Positions 1 to 10,765 are shown, counted from the first letter of the stretch. The stretch is 64,000 bases of DNA from an uncultured bacterium (GCA_943787795.1 CALSNU010000001.1:416001-480000); one strand, 5' to 3'. Translations and numbers: made by a program. The notes: generated by a model not told the origin, from the letters alone.

Positions 1-1
1 C

Positions 2-814
2 GCCGACCTCGTCGTATCGGTGGTGCCCACCCAGTTCGTTGGCCAGGTGGCGCTCAAGTTCGAGGACGCCCTGCCCGGCGGGATCCCCCTCGTGACGGCC
101 TCGAAGGGGCTCGAGATCGAGACCTTCCGCACTCCGAGCCAGATCCTGCGCCGCATCCTCGGCGAGCGCCCGGTCTGCGTCCTCACCGGCCCGAGCCACG
201 CCGAGGAGGTGGCTCATGACCTGCCTGCCTCCGTCGTCGCCGGGTGCGAGGACCGGGACTTCGCCCTTCGAGTTCAGGGCGCCTTCAACAGCAGCTCCTT
301 CCGGGTCTACACGACTCCGGATGGCTACGGGGCGGAGCTTGCCGGCGCGCTGAAGAACGTGATCGCGATCGCGGCTGGAATCTGTGACGGGCTCCAGCTC
401 GGAGACAACGCCAAGAGCGCGCTGCTGACGCGCGGGATCGTGGAGATGGCCCGCTTCGGCAAGGCGCGCGGCGCGGACGTCCGCACCTTCTTCGGGCTCG
501 CGGGCTTCGGTGACCTCGTGACCACGTGCACGTCCAAGCACTCGAGGAACCGGTCGGTTGGTGAGGCCGTGGGGAGTGGGAAGACCCTCGAGCAGGTGCT
601 CGGGGAGATGAAGATGGTCGCCGAGGGTGTCTGGACCACCAAGGCGCTGTTCGGACCGGAGGCCAACGAGGACGACGTCTCCATGCCGATCGCCGAGCAG
701 GTCCACGCGGTGCTGTTCGAGTCCAAGGACCCGCGCGAGGCCGTGCTCGACCTCATGAGCCGTGAGCCCACCGATGAGATGGCGGGCCTGTTCGAAGGCC
801 TGGATCAGGGCTGA
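2..814 (+). CDS. gpsA: NAD(P)H-dependent glycerol-3-phosphate dehydrogenase (5'-partial)
   Basis: Motifs ASKGLE, GPSHAEEV, GALKNVIAIAAG, GLAGFGDLVTTC, SRNR, AEGV; frame is open to the window start. Confidence 0.95.
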   Translation, partial: ADLVVSVVPTQFVGQVALKFEDALPGGIPLVTASKGLEIETFRTPSQILRRILGERPVCVLTGPSHAEEVAHDLPASVVAGCEDRDFALRVQGAFNSSSFRVYTTPDGYGAELAGALKNVIAIAAGICDGLQLGDNAKSALLTRGIVEMARFGKARGADVRTFFGLAGFGDLVTTCTSKHSRNRSVGEAVGSGKTLEQVLGEMKMVAEGVWTTKALFGPEANEDDVSMPIAEQVHAVLFESKDPREAVLDLMSREPTDEMAGLFEGLDQG

Positions 815-1212
815 TGGGACCGGTCAGCGGCTTCATCACCTTCCTGCTCCTCACGGTCGGCTTCCTCTTGGCCGCGGCGTGGACCGGGCGGCGCAGGCTT
901 ATCCGGGCCCACATCATCTTCGTGGGCGTGTCGGTAGCTCACCTCGCGATCGCGATCTTCTTCGCCCTGAGGGTGGGGGAGATCTACGACCTGGAGGCGG
1001 CGGGGGTCATCACGCCGATCCACCTCGGCCTCGCGCGACTCACGACGGCCGCCTATCTCTGGCCCCTGATCACCGGTCCTCTGGCGGCCATGGGCAAGGT
1101 CTCCAGGAAGGCTCACCACGTGGGAGCCTACGTGGCCCTCGGCCTCACGGTCGCCGCGACGGTGACCGGCGTCATGATGCTCATGGGCGCCGAGCCCATT
1201 GACCCTGCCTGA
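814..1212 (+). CDS. small integral membrane protein (about 4 TM), hypothetical
   Basis: 132 aa with four hydrophobic segments; start overlaps the gpsA stop (TGATG). Confidence 0.75.
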   Translation: MGPVSGFITFLLLTVGFLLAAAWTGRRRLIRAHIIFVGVSVAHLAIAIFFALRVGEIYDLEAAGVITPIHLGLARLTTAAYLWPLITGPLAAMGKVSRKAHHVGAYVALGLTVAATVTGVMMLMGAEPIDPA

Positions 1213-1222
1213 CCCTCCGTCA

Positions 1223-1286
1223 GCCTGAGGGCCTGAGGGCCTGAGGGCCCGAGGGCATAGAGGCCTGGAGGCCTGGAGGCCCGGGC
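1223..1286. repeat. degenerate 8-bp tandem repeat (GCCTGAGG-like, about 8 units)
   Basis: gcctgagg x3, gcccgagg, gcatagag, gcctggag x2, gcccgggc. Confidence 0.85.
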
Positions 1287-1440
1287 TCAGGAGCCTGATC
1301 TTCGGGCATCGGGCCCTTTCCGTTCGGCCTGGCAAGCACTGCCGCTGATGGACACCCCTCGAGCCGCACCCCTGGAGCTACAGCCCGGGAACCGCGTCCT
1401 GGAACCGGGCCCCCTGGACCACAGCCCGAGCGATCAGCGT

Positions 1441-1773
1441 TCAGCGCAGCAGCGCGGCGCGGATGTCCTCATCGAAGAGCGCCGGTAGGGCCAGCAGGGA
1501 TGCATTTGCGAAGAGGGCCACCAGGGTCATCAGGACCCAGGGCTTGCGGGCCCGGATGGTCGTCAGCGCGAGGACCGCTCCCACAACTGCAGGCGCTCCG
1601 GAGACCACATAGACGGCGTTGGCTGGGGCAGCCAAGCCCCACTTGGCCGCGGCGAGGGAGCACCAGACCACGGCCCAGCCGAGGGTGGCCAGGGTCATGG
1701 AGCGCATCCAGCTTCGATGTCGGAAGCGGACCCGGTTGGTCGGGACCGCCTGGGATCGCATGGTGCGGGGCAT
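1441..1773 (-). CDS. small membrane protein (about 3 TM), hypothetical
   Basis: C-terminal part of ORF 1441..2322; the longer version would cross the tRNA. ATG at 1773 is preceded by AAGGA; hydrophobic helices. Confidence 0.65.
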   Translation of the reverse strand: MPRTMRSQAVPTNRVRFRHRSWMRSMTLATLGWAVVWCSLAAAKWGLAAPANAVYVVSGAPAVVGAVLALTTIRARKPWVLMTLVALFANASLLALPALFDEDIRAALLR

Positions 1774-1903
1774 GGGTCCTTTGTAGCCCAAAGAGAGAGG
1801 TCGGTGCCCCGGGAAGGCGTCTTCCGGTCCATTCGATCGGGCAACCCTCTTCCCTGGATTGACGCGCACCCCTTCCGGCCCTAACCTTCTGCCCCCAACA
1901 GGT

Positions 1904-1980
1904 CGGGCCGTGGCGCAGTTTGGTAGCGCGCTGCAATGGGGTTGCAGAGGTCGGAGGTTCGAATCCTCTCGGCCCGACCA
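1904..1980 (+). tRNA. tRNA-Pro (anticodon GGG)
   Basis: Acceptor stem CGGGCCG/CGGCCCG, D arm GCGCAGTTTGGTAGCGC, anticodon arm CTGCA-ATGGGGT-TGCAG, T loop GTTCGAATC, encoded CCA end. Confidence 0.97.
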
Positions 1981-2038
1981 TCTCTCCGCTCCGCGGGAGC
2001 TGTTGGGAGTGGCTAAATGGCCATGCGGGAGCAGGGAC

Positions 2039-2113
2039 CCGGGGTAGAAGATCCGGGGTAGAAGACTCAGGGCAGGGGCCCCAGGGCAGGGGCCCCAGGG
2101 CAGGGGCCCCAGG
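2039..2113. repeat. two abutting 14-bp tandem repeats
   Basis: (CC)GGGGTAGAAGA x2 followed by CAGGGCAGGGGCCC x3. Confidence 0.9.
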
Positions 2114-2209
2114 CGCCAAGCGTTGAGCCCGGGCGGTCCCGGCCCGAGCCCAGCAAAGAACACCTGGTCGGCGCTCGCTGGGCGTCGTCGTTCGCGCCGC
2201 GCGAGGCTC

Positions 2210-2950
2210 TCAGTCCGTAGGGGCGACCCCAGTTCGCCTCGGGCCGACGCGCTCCACCGCGGCGCCAGCCCCGGCCATGAGAGCCATGAAGGCCTCGAGG
2301 ACCCTCTCGCAGTGGTCCGCATGCTGGTTGGAACCCCAGACCACCGAGAGGATCGCGTCGGTCTCTCCGTGGGTCTTGGTCTCGTGGCAATCCTTGACGG
2401 CGTTCGCGCGGGGTCCCGTGGCGTCCATCAGGCAGAGCAACCCGTCGAGTTGGATCTCCTGGCCGCTCGAGTTGAAGACATAGCTCCCGTGTTCGACCGT
2501 TGCGACCCTCATTGGGGGCAGGAGCAAGTCCAGGTCCACGACGCTGATCGGGAGCGCGGAGTGCAGGCTCAGGGCGTTGCACGTATCCACCGCGACGTTG
2601 ATCGACGGGAGGTCGCTCTCCAAGTTGGCGCGGGCGAGGTACTCGGCGGAGGGCTTGCCGCGGCCCGATGGCTTGTACCCGCCGTGTCGGAGGAGCGAGC
2701 GGGTGTCGCGCCTGAGCGCTTCGCGGGTGTCTGGATCGATCGTACCGATCCCGAGTTCACTGCCGGGCCCGGCGGCGCTCTTGGAGAGCGCTTCGCCTGC
2801 GGCGGAGCCCTTTGACAGAGCCGCTTGCACGCTCAGCGGCGCCTCAAGGTGCCGCAGCGGCGCATCGAAGCGCGCCACGAAGGCGGCGGGCCAAAGGGAC
2901 GGGTGATCCGCGTACTCGATCATGGGCGGCTCGGTCTGGATATGTCGCAC
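2210..2950 (-). CDS. B3/B4 (PheT-related editing domain) protein
   Basis: [40 protein letters not shown] at 2950 has TAGCCT 7 nt upstream (alternative ATG at 2923). Confidence 0.85.
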   Translation of the reverse strand: MRHIQTEPPMIEYADHPSLWPAAFVARFDAPLRHLEAPLSVQAALSKGSAAGEALSKSAAGPGSELGIGTIDPDTREALRRDTRSLLRHGGYKPSGRGKPSAEYLARANLESDLPSINVAVDTCNALSLHSALPISVVDLDLLLPPMRVATVEHGSYVFNSSGQEIQLDGLLCLMDATGPRANAVKDCHETKTHGETDAILSVVWGSNQHADHCERVLEAFMALMAGAGAAVERVGPRRTGVAPTD

Positions 2951-3043
2951 GCCGCAGAGGCTAGCGCCGCGAGCCCCGCGCCCAGCGCCGAGAGGTCAAC
3001 GCCGAGAGAGCAACGCCGGAAGCCCCGCTCGAGGACTCCGGTC

Positions 3044-3691
3044 CTAGGAGTCCAGCCCGTTCTGGACGGCGAACCTGATCAGCTCCGCGGTGGAGCCGAG
3101 CTTGAGCTGGTTCATCATCTTGTACTTGTGGTACTCCACCGTCTTGCGCGAGATGCCCAGATCGCCGGCGATCTCCTTCGCGATCTTACCCTCGACGAGC
3201 GACCTCAAGATGCGCACCTGTCGGTCAGAGAGCGCGGCCTCCGGGGCAGCCTCCTCGGACTCGTTCGAGCCGTCTTGGCTCTTGCTCCGGATGATCTTCG
3301 CGGCGAGCGCCGGGGAGATCCAACAGCCGCCGGAGAGGGCCTCCTCGATCGCGGACACCAGCTCCGAGGTGGCCGCTCGCTTGAGCACGTACCCGTGTAC
3401 GCCACTCTCGATCGCCTCGGACGCATAGGTGGGATCCTCGTGCATCGTTAGGATGATGCACTTGGGGTCCTGACCGCCCTTGCGGATCTCCTTCACCGCG
3501 TCGAGACCACAGAGCTCTGGCATGGACCAGTCCGTGATGATCAGGTCCGGGTTGCACTCCCCGGCGAGCCGGACAAGCTCCGGCCCTGACTGTGCGGATC
3601 CCACGATCTCGAAGTCCTTCCTGAGCAGGCGTTCGAGCCCCTCGAGAAACATCTGATGGTCGTCGGCGAGGAGGATTCGTTGGGGCTTCAT
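3044..3691 (-). CDS. NarL/FixJ-family response regulator (REC + LuxR HTH)
   Basis: LLADDH, ITDWSMP, LTMHED, GYVLK; C-terminal LSDRQ...KEIAGDLGISRKTVEYHK. Confidence 0.95.
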   Translation of the reverse strand: MKPQRILLADDHQMFLEGLERLLRKDFEIVGSAQSGPELVRLAGECNPDLIITDWSMPELCGLDAVKEIRKGGQDPKCIILTMHEDPTYASEAIESGVHGYVLKRAATSELVSAIEEALSGGCWISPALAAKIIRSKSQDGSNESEEAAPEAALSDRQVRILRSLVEGKIAKEIAGDLGISRKTVEYHKYKMMNQLKLGSTAELIRFAVQNGLDS

Positions 3692-3855
3692 GGCGGGACT
3701 GCGTGCATTGAGCCAAACCGTGGCGCCTCATCGCTGGTGGGTACGACGAGCGGCTTAGTTGCACGTATTAACAAGCGTAAGCGGCCCGATCGTCCACGCG
3801 CCCAAGAATGTGGGCCTGACACGGTGTTACGCGACAATCTGTCCGCCCGGCATGG

Positions 3856-6614
3856 TCAACCGGTGTTGCGGAGCCCCCTGGCGATGCCCCGGACGGTCTC
3901 GATCAGGATTCGCTCCAGGGCGCGATCCTCCCGATTCCCTTCTCGCCACCGCCTAAGCCGATCGACCTGCAGGAAGCTCATGGGGTCCACGTAGGGATTC
4001 CTGAGCTGGATCGATCGCTTGAGCGTGGGGTCTCGCTCGAGCAGCGTGGACGCCTCCCGCAGGTCGAGGATCACCCCGCGGGTGCGTGCGAACTCCTCCT
4101 CGATCTCGGGGAAGAGCCTCCGGCCTGTATCACCCGCGAGCTCTGCGTAGCGAGACGCGATCCCGAGGTCCGCCTTGGCCAGGACCATCTCGACGTCTGC
4201 GAGGAAGGTGTCGAAGAACGGCCAGCGCCCGGCCATCTCGCGGAGGGTTGAGATGCCGTGGGAGGCGACCGCTTGCTCGAGGCCGGAGCCCACTCCAAAC
4301 CAGCCAGGGAGGATCACCCGCGCCTGGGTCCAGGCGAACACCCACGGAATGGCTCGCAGGTCCTCGACCCCACGCATCTGTCGACGCTTGCCAGGGCGGG
4401 AGCCGATCCTCAGACGCTCGATGACATCGATCGGGGTCATGCCCCGGAAGAGCTCTGGGAAGCCGGGGTCGTCGTGGACGAGCTCTCGGTAGCGCGCGCG
4501 GCTGGAGACCGCGGCGTCCTGGATGGCGGCGACCCAGCTCTCGTCGGGTGCCGGCGGAGCGTCGCCTGTCGCCGTCCGCTCCAGAACCGCGCCGAGCACG
4601 AGCTCGAGGGTGCGTAGGGCCGTCCCGCGGAGACCAAACTTGTCGTGGATCACCTCGCCCTGTTCGGTGGTTCGTCCGCGACCGGCCACGGCACCGGGAG
4701 GGGCGGCCATGAAGGCGGCGCGGGGCTTCGACCCGCCTCGGCTCGCAGAGCCGCCCCGGCCGTGGAAGAAGGTCAGCTCCAGCCCTGCAGCACGGGCCGC
4801 CAGGACCATGGCCGTCTGGCCCTTCTGCAGCGCCCAACGCGAGGCCGTGATGCCGCCGTCCTTGTTGCTGTCCGAGTAGCCGAGCATCACCATCTGGCGG
4901 CTTCCGCGGTGCTCCAGGTGCTTGGCGTAGACGGGCTCTGCCGCGAGCACTTCGAGGACCGCCGGACCGCGCTCGAGGTCGTCCACGGTCTCGAAGAGCG
5001 GGGCGACGTCGAGGGGGACGGCGCCGTCCTCGTCGACCAGCTCGGCGAGGCGGGCGAGCCAGAGGACCGCGAGGGCATCGTCTGGCCCCTCGGCCATGCT
5101 GACCACGAACGTCCCCACGGACTCCGGTCCGTGCCGGTCGCGTGCCTCCGCGAGCGTCTCGAAGACCGCCAGCGTCGCCTGGGCCTCCTCGGAGAGAGGC
5201 GTCACCGCCGCGAAGTTCTCGCCGTCTGAGACCTCTGCCGCGATGGCCTCGGCGAGGCGCGCGGTCCGCTCTTCCCGGGAGAGGGCCTCGAAACCCTCGA
5301 CCTGCAGGAGCTCACCGACGACCCGGCGATGGACCTCCGCATCCTGCCTGCAGTCGAGGGTGGCGAGGTGAAAGCCGAAGGTCGAGACGCGCATCAGCAG
5401 GCGCTCGACGAGCTCCATGCCGGCCTTCGCCCCGCGGTGCTCGTCCAGGCTGGCTGCGATGAGCCGCAGGTCAGCCTCGAGCTCACTGGGCCCCTGGTAA
5501 GCCTCCTCGTCCGCGGCGCGGGTGGCACCGAGGCGCGCGTGGATGCCCTGTAGTGCCAGCCGGTAGGGCATGTCTGCGTAGCGGTCAGGCACCTTCTCGA
5601 AGGCCCCCGGGAACCGTCCGCGATAGTCCTCCACCAGAGCCAGCAGGGCCGGGCTGGCGCCGACGCGACTCGTGGATTGGGAGAGGTGGCCGAAGAGGTC
5701 GGTCACCTCGACCCGGTATCGCTCGACCACCACCTCGAGCTGCCGCGCCAGGGTGGCGCGGATGGTGTCCGCGCCGACGTTGGGGTTGCCGTCCATGTCG
5801 CCGCCGACCCAGCTCCCGAAGCGAACCAGGGGCGCTCGAGCACCAGCGGGCGACCGTAGGCCTCCTCGAAGCCCCGCTGAACCTCGGCGTGGAGCGCCGG
5901 CACGACCCGGTAGATCACGTCCGTCAGGTAGAAGAGCACGTGCTCGAGCTCCTCGCCCACGGTCGGCTTGTCTCGCAGCTGCTCGTCCGTCTGCCACGCC
6001 GTGGCGATGTCGAGCTCCACCAGCTGTCTGGCCGTGGCGATCTCTTCGGGCGTCATGGTGCCCTGGTGGAAGCGCTCGACCAGCACTCTCGCGATGCGCT
6101 GCTCCTTGCGGAGGATCGTGCGCCGGACGGCCTCGGTGGGGTGGGCGGTGAACACGGGCTCGACCAGCAGACCCTCGAGGGCCTGCTCGACCTCTTCCCC
6201 CTCGACGCCCGCGGCGGCCAGGGACTTGAGGACGGCCCGGACGCCGCCGGGCTGAGGTTCACCGTTGCGGAGCCGGTCCACTCGCCGGCGGATGCGGTGG
6301 ACGCGCTCGGCCATGTTCACGAGGCCGAAGTAGGCGGAGAAGGCCCGGACGACCTCGTGGCTCAGGTCCTCATCGAGCCCGTCGAGGAGGCGGATCAGCT
6401 GCTGCTCGGCCTCCTCGCTGCCGCGCCGCCGGCGGCGCGCGAGCAGGCGCGCGCCCTCCACGGCGGGGAAGAGCTCCTCATCGCCCAGCTCCTGGAGGAG
6501 CCGGCCGAGCAGCTGGCCGAGCCAGCCAACGTCCCGGCGCAGCGGGAGGTCCTTGGGCTCGAAGAACACTGAGCCCTCCTCGGAGGGATCGATCGGGGTC
6601 GAGGGGTGGCTCAC
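3856..6614 (-). CDS. ppc: phosphoenolpyruvate carboxylase; frameshifted near 5830 in this sequence
   Basis: N-half (ORF 5703..6614) has VFTAHPTE; C-half (ORF 3856..5997) has FGSWVGGDMDGNP, VMLGYSDSNKDGG, FHGRGGS, LRAIPWVFAW and terminal GLRNTG. One extra base in the G run at 5829-5832 joins them. Confidence 0.92.
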
Positions 6615-7681
6615 GAGCGCACCTGGCCGGGGCCCTCGGCCTCAAGGAGTTCATCGGCGGCGGACACGAGCAGTTCGGGCGTGATGCGAGTCATGCAGCG
6701 GTGGTCGGTCGGGCAGACCGGGTGATTGCAAGGGCGGCAGTGCACGTCCGCCATGAGGACGCGTTGTCGCTTCAGTTGGTGGCGCGTGTGGCCGTCCGCG
6801 ATTGGGCCGACCGCGACGACGACGGGGAGCCCCAGGGCCACGGCCATGCTCCGGGGCCCCGTATCGTTGGAGACTACCAGTTGAGAACGTTCGAGGAGCG
6901 CTGCGAGTTGGGGCAGGTCCAGCACTGGCTCGGCGAGGACGAGAATATCGTGCTTGGCGAGGGAGGCGACCTCTCGTGCGAGCGCCTCTTCGCCTGGCCC
7001 CGGCGCGATGACGGCGCGCCATCCATGGCGCTCGAAGAGCGCGTCGCAGGACGCGGCGAAGTGTGCAGGGGGCCACATCTTCGAAGAGCCAAAGGCCGCG
7101 CCGACGACGACCGTACACACCGGGTCCTCGGCAGCCATGCCTTCGGCCTGCAGGCGCCTGTCCACCGCCGCGCGGGCCTCCCGGGGTACGGCGAGGTCCA
7201 TGTGTGATCCGTCGTCGGCGACCCCAAGGGCGCGGGTCACGCGCAGGTAGCGCTCGACCATGGAGAAGGCGAGGGGCTTGCCGCCGAGGTCCATCGGCCG
7301 GGTCAGGCGGTGGGTGAGCATGGCCCTGCGCAGCAGGCCGCGGCCGTAGCCTGCGCGGACGGGGATCCTGGCCATCAAGGCGGGCGCCGCTGCCCGCTCG
7401 GACTCGCCCAGGAGCACGGCCCAGTCGAAGCGTCTCTGCGCCAGCCAGCGGCCGTGGCGCAGGAGGTCGGTCGGCCGTCGTCCGGGGTCCTGGATGAACC
7501 CGTCGACGCTCTCCAGCGCGGTGACCAGCCCGCGCTGGGACCCCTTACCCTCCACGGTGATCTCGGCCTGCGGATGCGCCGCCCGGAGCGCGCGCAGGGC
7601 CGGCGTGCACATGACCACATCGCCGACCCAGTTCGGGAGGCGGACGTAGATCCGGGAGGGGGGGGGCGGCGCGGCGGACAT
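6611..7681 (-). CDS. waaF: lipopolysaccharide heptosyltransferase II-like glycosyltransferase (GT9)
   Basis: RLPNWVGDVVM, GAAFGSSKMWP, VSNDTGP, C-terminal CRPC..CP.DHRCM. Confidence 0.85.
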   Translation of the reverse strand: MSAAPPPPSRIYVRLPNWVGDVVMCTPALRALRAAHPQAEITVEGKGSQRGLVTALESVDGFIQDPGRRPTDLLRHGRWLAQRRFDWAVLLGESERAAAPALMARIPVRAGYGRGLLRRAMLTHRLTRPMDLGGKPLAFSMVERYLRVTRALGVADDGSHMDLAVPREARAAVDRRLQAEGMAAEDPVCTVVVGAAFGSSKMWPPAHFAASCDALFERHGWRAVIAPGPGEEALAREVASLAKHDILVLAEPVLDLPQLAALLERSQLVVSNDTGPRSMAVALGLPVVVAVGPIADGHTRHQLKRQRVLMADVHCRPCNHPVCPTDHRCMTRITPELLVSAADELLEAEGPGQVRS

Positions 7682-7763
7682 CGGCGCGGATTGTCCGGCG
7701 AGGTGGCGGGGCCCGTCGAGTCTGAAGCGGGGGATCCAGGGCTCCGCCGCGCAGCGGAGGGCG

Positions 7764-8981
7764 CTAGAGGAAGTAGTCGGCGTTCTCCGCGCCGACCTCC
7801 ACGGGGTCCGCGCCGTCCTTGACCATGCCCTCGATCCACCAGTTCACGTCGTGGTAGAGGCAGGTGACGTTGCGGCACTCATGGCTCGCATCGAAGCGGT
7901 CGAGGAGGCCCGCGACCGCCTCTCCGGTGGCGGCGGCGTTTTCCTCGCTGGCGTAGGCCGGCTTCTCTCCAACGCGCGCCTTGTCCACGCCGCGGTGCGC
8001 GGGGCAGTTGTAGACGCCCATGGGCGTCAGGACCTGACGCAGGGCCTGCATGTGGCAGGTCGCCGGCTGCCGGGTCGAGTTCCGCCAGGAGCCATCCTCG
8101 AGCATGCGCAGGTTGACGCTCTCGTACACGTCAAAGGACCCGCTCGTCAGCTCCTTGGCCTTCTCGACCTCGCCGCGGATGCGGACCGCGACCTCCTGCT
8201 CCGCCGCGGCGGCCTTGGTCGGGTCCATCACCTCGGCGCCGTCCTGCTGGCGCTCGAGGATCGGCTTGAAGGAGATGTAGTCGAAGCCCGCCTCCGAGGC
8301 GCGCTCGGCGGCGAGGACGATCTCGTGGATGTTCTCGTGCAGCGGCGTCTCGTCGCGCGTCGCCCCCTGCCAGACGATGATGTAGCTGAAGCCCAGGCGG
8401 GGCGCGGGATTCGCGGCCTTGATGCGCGGGACCCACTCGCAGATGGCGTCCAGGGTGACCTTGCTCGACGTCGGCTTGTGCATGGCCGCGAAGAGCTCGT
8501 TCGACCCGGAGTCCAGGGACATGCGGATCCAGTCGCGCTCGTCCAGGAACCCCACGACGTCCATGAGCCGGTCGCCGCGGCTCCCGTTGGTGACGATGGC
8601 CACCTGCAGGCCGAGGTCCTTCAGGAAGTCGACGAACCCCACGAAGCCCGGATACAGGGTCGGCTCTCCGCCGCCGATGAGGATGACGGACTTGAGCCCG
8701 CGCTCGCGCATGAGCTCGATCGACGCTCGCAGCTCGTCCTCTGCGAGGCGGTGCTTGGTGTTGAGCACGTCCCAGTCGATGCAGTGGGTGCAGCGATAGT
8801 TGCACGCCACGGTCAGGTCCAGATTGATGGACACCGGCGCGATGGGCGGCATGGGCGGGGCGGGAGCGTCGTCGGCGCGCGCGGCCTCGACGGCACGCCG
8901 CCACTCAACGTAGGCCTGGAGCGTCGGCGCCACCGAGGGCTGCCGGAGCTTGGCGGAGAAGTCGTGGATGGCGTGCTTCAT
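7764..8981 (-). CDS. radical SAM protein with a Cys-rich C-terminal (twitch/SPASM-like) region
   Basis: CNYRCTHC motif, GGGEPTL, VTNG, RMSLD; C-terminal CHM..YNC..ECRNVTC. Confidence 0.9.
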   Translation of the reverse strand: MKHAIHDFSAKLRQPSVAPTLQAYVEWRRAVEAARADDAPAPPMPPIAPVSINLDLTVACNYRCTHCIDWDVLNTKHRLAEDELRASIELMRERGLKSVILIGGGEPTLYPGFVGFVDFLKDLGLQVAIVTNGSRGDRLMDVVGFLDERDWIRMSLDSGSNELFAAMHKPTSSKVTLDAICEWVPRIKAANPAPRLGFSYIIVWQGATRDETPLHENIHEIVLAAERASEAGFDYISFKPILERQQDGAEVMDPTKAAAAEQEVAVRIRGEVEKAKELTSGSFDVYESVNLRMLEDGSWRNSTRQPATCHMQALRQVLTPMGVYNCPAHRGVDKARVGEKPAYASEENAAATGEAVAGLLDRFDASHECRNVTCLYHDVNWWIEGMVKDGADPVEVGAENADYFL

Positions 8982-9013
8982 GGGCGAGCGTCGAGGGCGA
9001 GCGTCGAGGGCGA
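8982..9013. repeat. 13-bp tandem repeat in the radical SAM leader
   Basis: GGGCGAGCGTCGA x2 plus a partial copy, between a minus-strand TATGAT (9013-9018) and the ATG. Confidence 0.85.
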
Positions 9014-9071
9014 TCATAGGGGGCCGCGGCGGTGCGGGCGCGGCAGCCCTGCGATTGTCGTCTCGAGTGGA

Positions 9072-10055
9072 TCAGGGCCGGACCGCGGCGTGCGCGGCGG
9101 CCGCGGCCTCCAGCATGGAGGCGCCGCGGGTGAGGTCCCCAGGGTGGGTCCAGGGGCACGGGGTACCGCGCTGCACCTGGTCCACAAAGGACGCGATGCG
9201 CGCGGTCAGCGGATCCGGCAGGGAGACCACAGTGTCCTCGGCCTGGAACCTGAGTGAGTAGTCCGCCGCGTCGATGAGCCGATCAGCGCGCCGTCCGTCC
9301 ACCGAGTACCACGCGGCCCTGGGCCCGGGCGCCGCCGTGCCGTCGAGGAGGACCTGGACCTTCATGATCCCGCGGGCGCCCTCGAGGAGCACGGAGACCT
9401 CCATCTGGCCTTCCGCGGCCGTGCTGAGCTCGACGGCGACCGTTCGCTCGAGGTCCGGGCGCATGGCCTGAGCGAGACTCAACGGGTGGGGGAGCGCATC
9501 GCCGATCATCTGCAGCCCCTCGGAGGCCGGCGAGAGGCCCATGACGAGGGAGCGGACGGTCTCGGCGCGCGGCCCCGTGGCGGCCGCGTGGGCGTCCAGG
9601 GTCCAGGGCCACTGGGCATTCAAGGCGAGGACACGCCCCGCCGCTCGAGAGCGCGCCTCCAGGTCGTTCGCGGTCTCACTCCAGCGTGGCTCGGTGCCCC
9701 AGAGGAACGGCTTCTCGCAGAGCACATGGCGACCCGCGGCGAGGGCGCGCTCCACGTGGTGGAGGTGGGTGCCGGCCGGACTGAGGACGCAGGCCAGCTG
9801 CAGGTCGGCGGCGTCGAACTCGTCGGGGTCTGTGGTCCAGCGTGGCGGGGGAGCACCGGTGGTCCTGGCCAGCTGCGCGCCCACCTGGTCAGCAGCGGCG
9901 CGGGCGGTTTCCTCCGTGGTGCCGAGCACCATGTAGACCTCGACGCCGCACGCGGAGAGGTCGCGTGCCACGAACGGTCCGAGGCCCTGGCGGACCCGTC
10001 GCGCGCCCACGATTCCGGCGCGCAGCGGCGTCCCGCTCCGAGGTCTCACGCTCAT
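9072..10055 (-). CDS. Gfo/Idh/MocA-family oxidoreductase
   Basis: AGIVGA Rossmann start; H..H...AL.AGRHVLCEKP; ATGA overlap with the upstream NUDIX stop. Confidence 0.85.
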   Translation of the reverse strand: MSVRPRSGTPLRAGIVGARRVRQGLGPFVARDLSACGVEVYMVLGTTEETARAAADQVGAQLARTTGAPPPRWTTDPDEFDAADLQLACVLSPAGTHLHHVERALAAGRHVLCEKPFLWGTEPRWSETANDLEARSRAAGRVLALNAQWPWTLDAHAAATGPRAETVRSLVMGLSPASEGLQMIGDALPHPLSLAQAMRPDLERTVAVELSTAAEGQMEVSVLLEGARGIMKVQVLLDGTAAPGPRAAWYSVDGRRADRLIDAADYSLRFQAEDTVVSLPDPLTARIASFVDQVQRGTPCPWTHPGDLTRGASMLEAAAAAHAAVRP

Positions 10056-10765
10056 CGCCCGGGGAGGTCCTCGACGAAGGCATCGAGCGCGGGGATGTAC
10101 CCGAGGTGGTCGGCCAAGCGGAGGAGCGCTACCTCGGTCTTCATGTCGGGGACCCGGCCGTCCCGGCACATGGCGATGGCCTCGCCGAGGCCGACCAGGT
10201 GGACCCGGGACCACTCCTCCATGACGGTCCCGTCGCCGGTGGGCTCTTGGCGCTCCTCGAGGGGCGTCTCCACAGCGCAGAAGTAGAGCTTCTCGTCGGT
10301 GGTTCCCGGGCTGGCGAACGTCTCTCCGCCGAGCATGACGCAGGCCTCGGCCGGGACCTCGACGCCGGCCTCTTCGCGGGCCTCGATGACGGCGCGGGCC
10401 CGAAGTCCCCGGGGCCCGGGGGGGTCGCTGGACTCAACGAGCCCCGCCACCACCTCGAGGATGGAGACGTACTCGCGAGGGTCCGGATGAACGAACGCCT
10501 TGTGCTTGCGGAGGTAGACCGGGCCCCGGGGGGCCTCACGGAGGAGCACGCGGACACCGTCGGGAAGGCGCTCGTAGAGCACGGCCACCACGGCGTCGCT
10601 CCCGGGGCGCTCCAGGACGTCGCAGGGGTACGGCGAGGAGCTGCTTCCGTCCCCGTAGAGGTTCCGGAGCACGAGCCTGCGGAGCGTGAGGAAACCCTCA
10701 TCGCAGCGCGCGTTGGCTGTGCGGTCTTCCACCACCTCGAGCCCATGGAGTGCCTTGCTATCCAT
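10052..10765 (-). CDS. NUDIX hydrolase (ADP-ribose/nucleotide-sugar pyrophosphatase-like)
   Basis: Nudix-like box EVVAGLVE...AVIEAREEAG, FASPG..DEK, GDG..MEE, DMKT. Confidence 0.88.
   Translation of the reverse strand: MDSKALHGLEVVEDRTANARCDEGFLTLRRLVLRNLYGDGSSSSPYPCDVLERPGSDAVVAVLYERLPDGVRVLLREAPRGPVYLRKHKAFVHPDPREYVSILEVVAGLVESSDPPGPRGLRARAVIEAREEAGVEVPAEACVMLGGETFASPGTTDEKLYFCAVETPLEERQEPTGDGTVMEEWSRVHLVGLGEAIAMCRDGRVPDMKTEVALLRLADHLGYIPALDAFVEDLPGR

Noticed and set aside
1904..2113. tRNA-Pro as a genomic island insertion site
   Set aside because: No integrase or mobile genes, and no duplicated tRNA 3' end seen in the window
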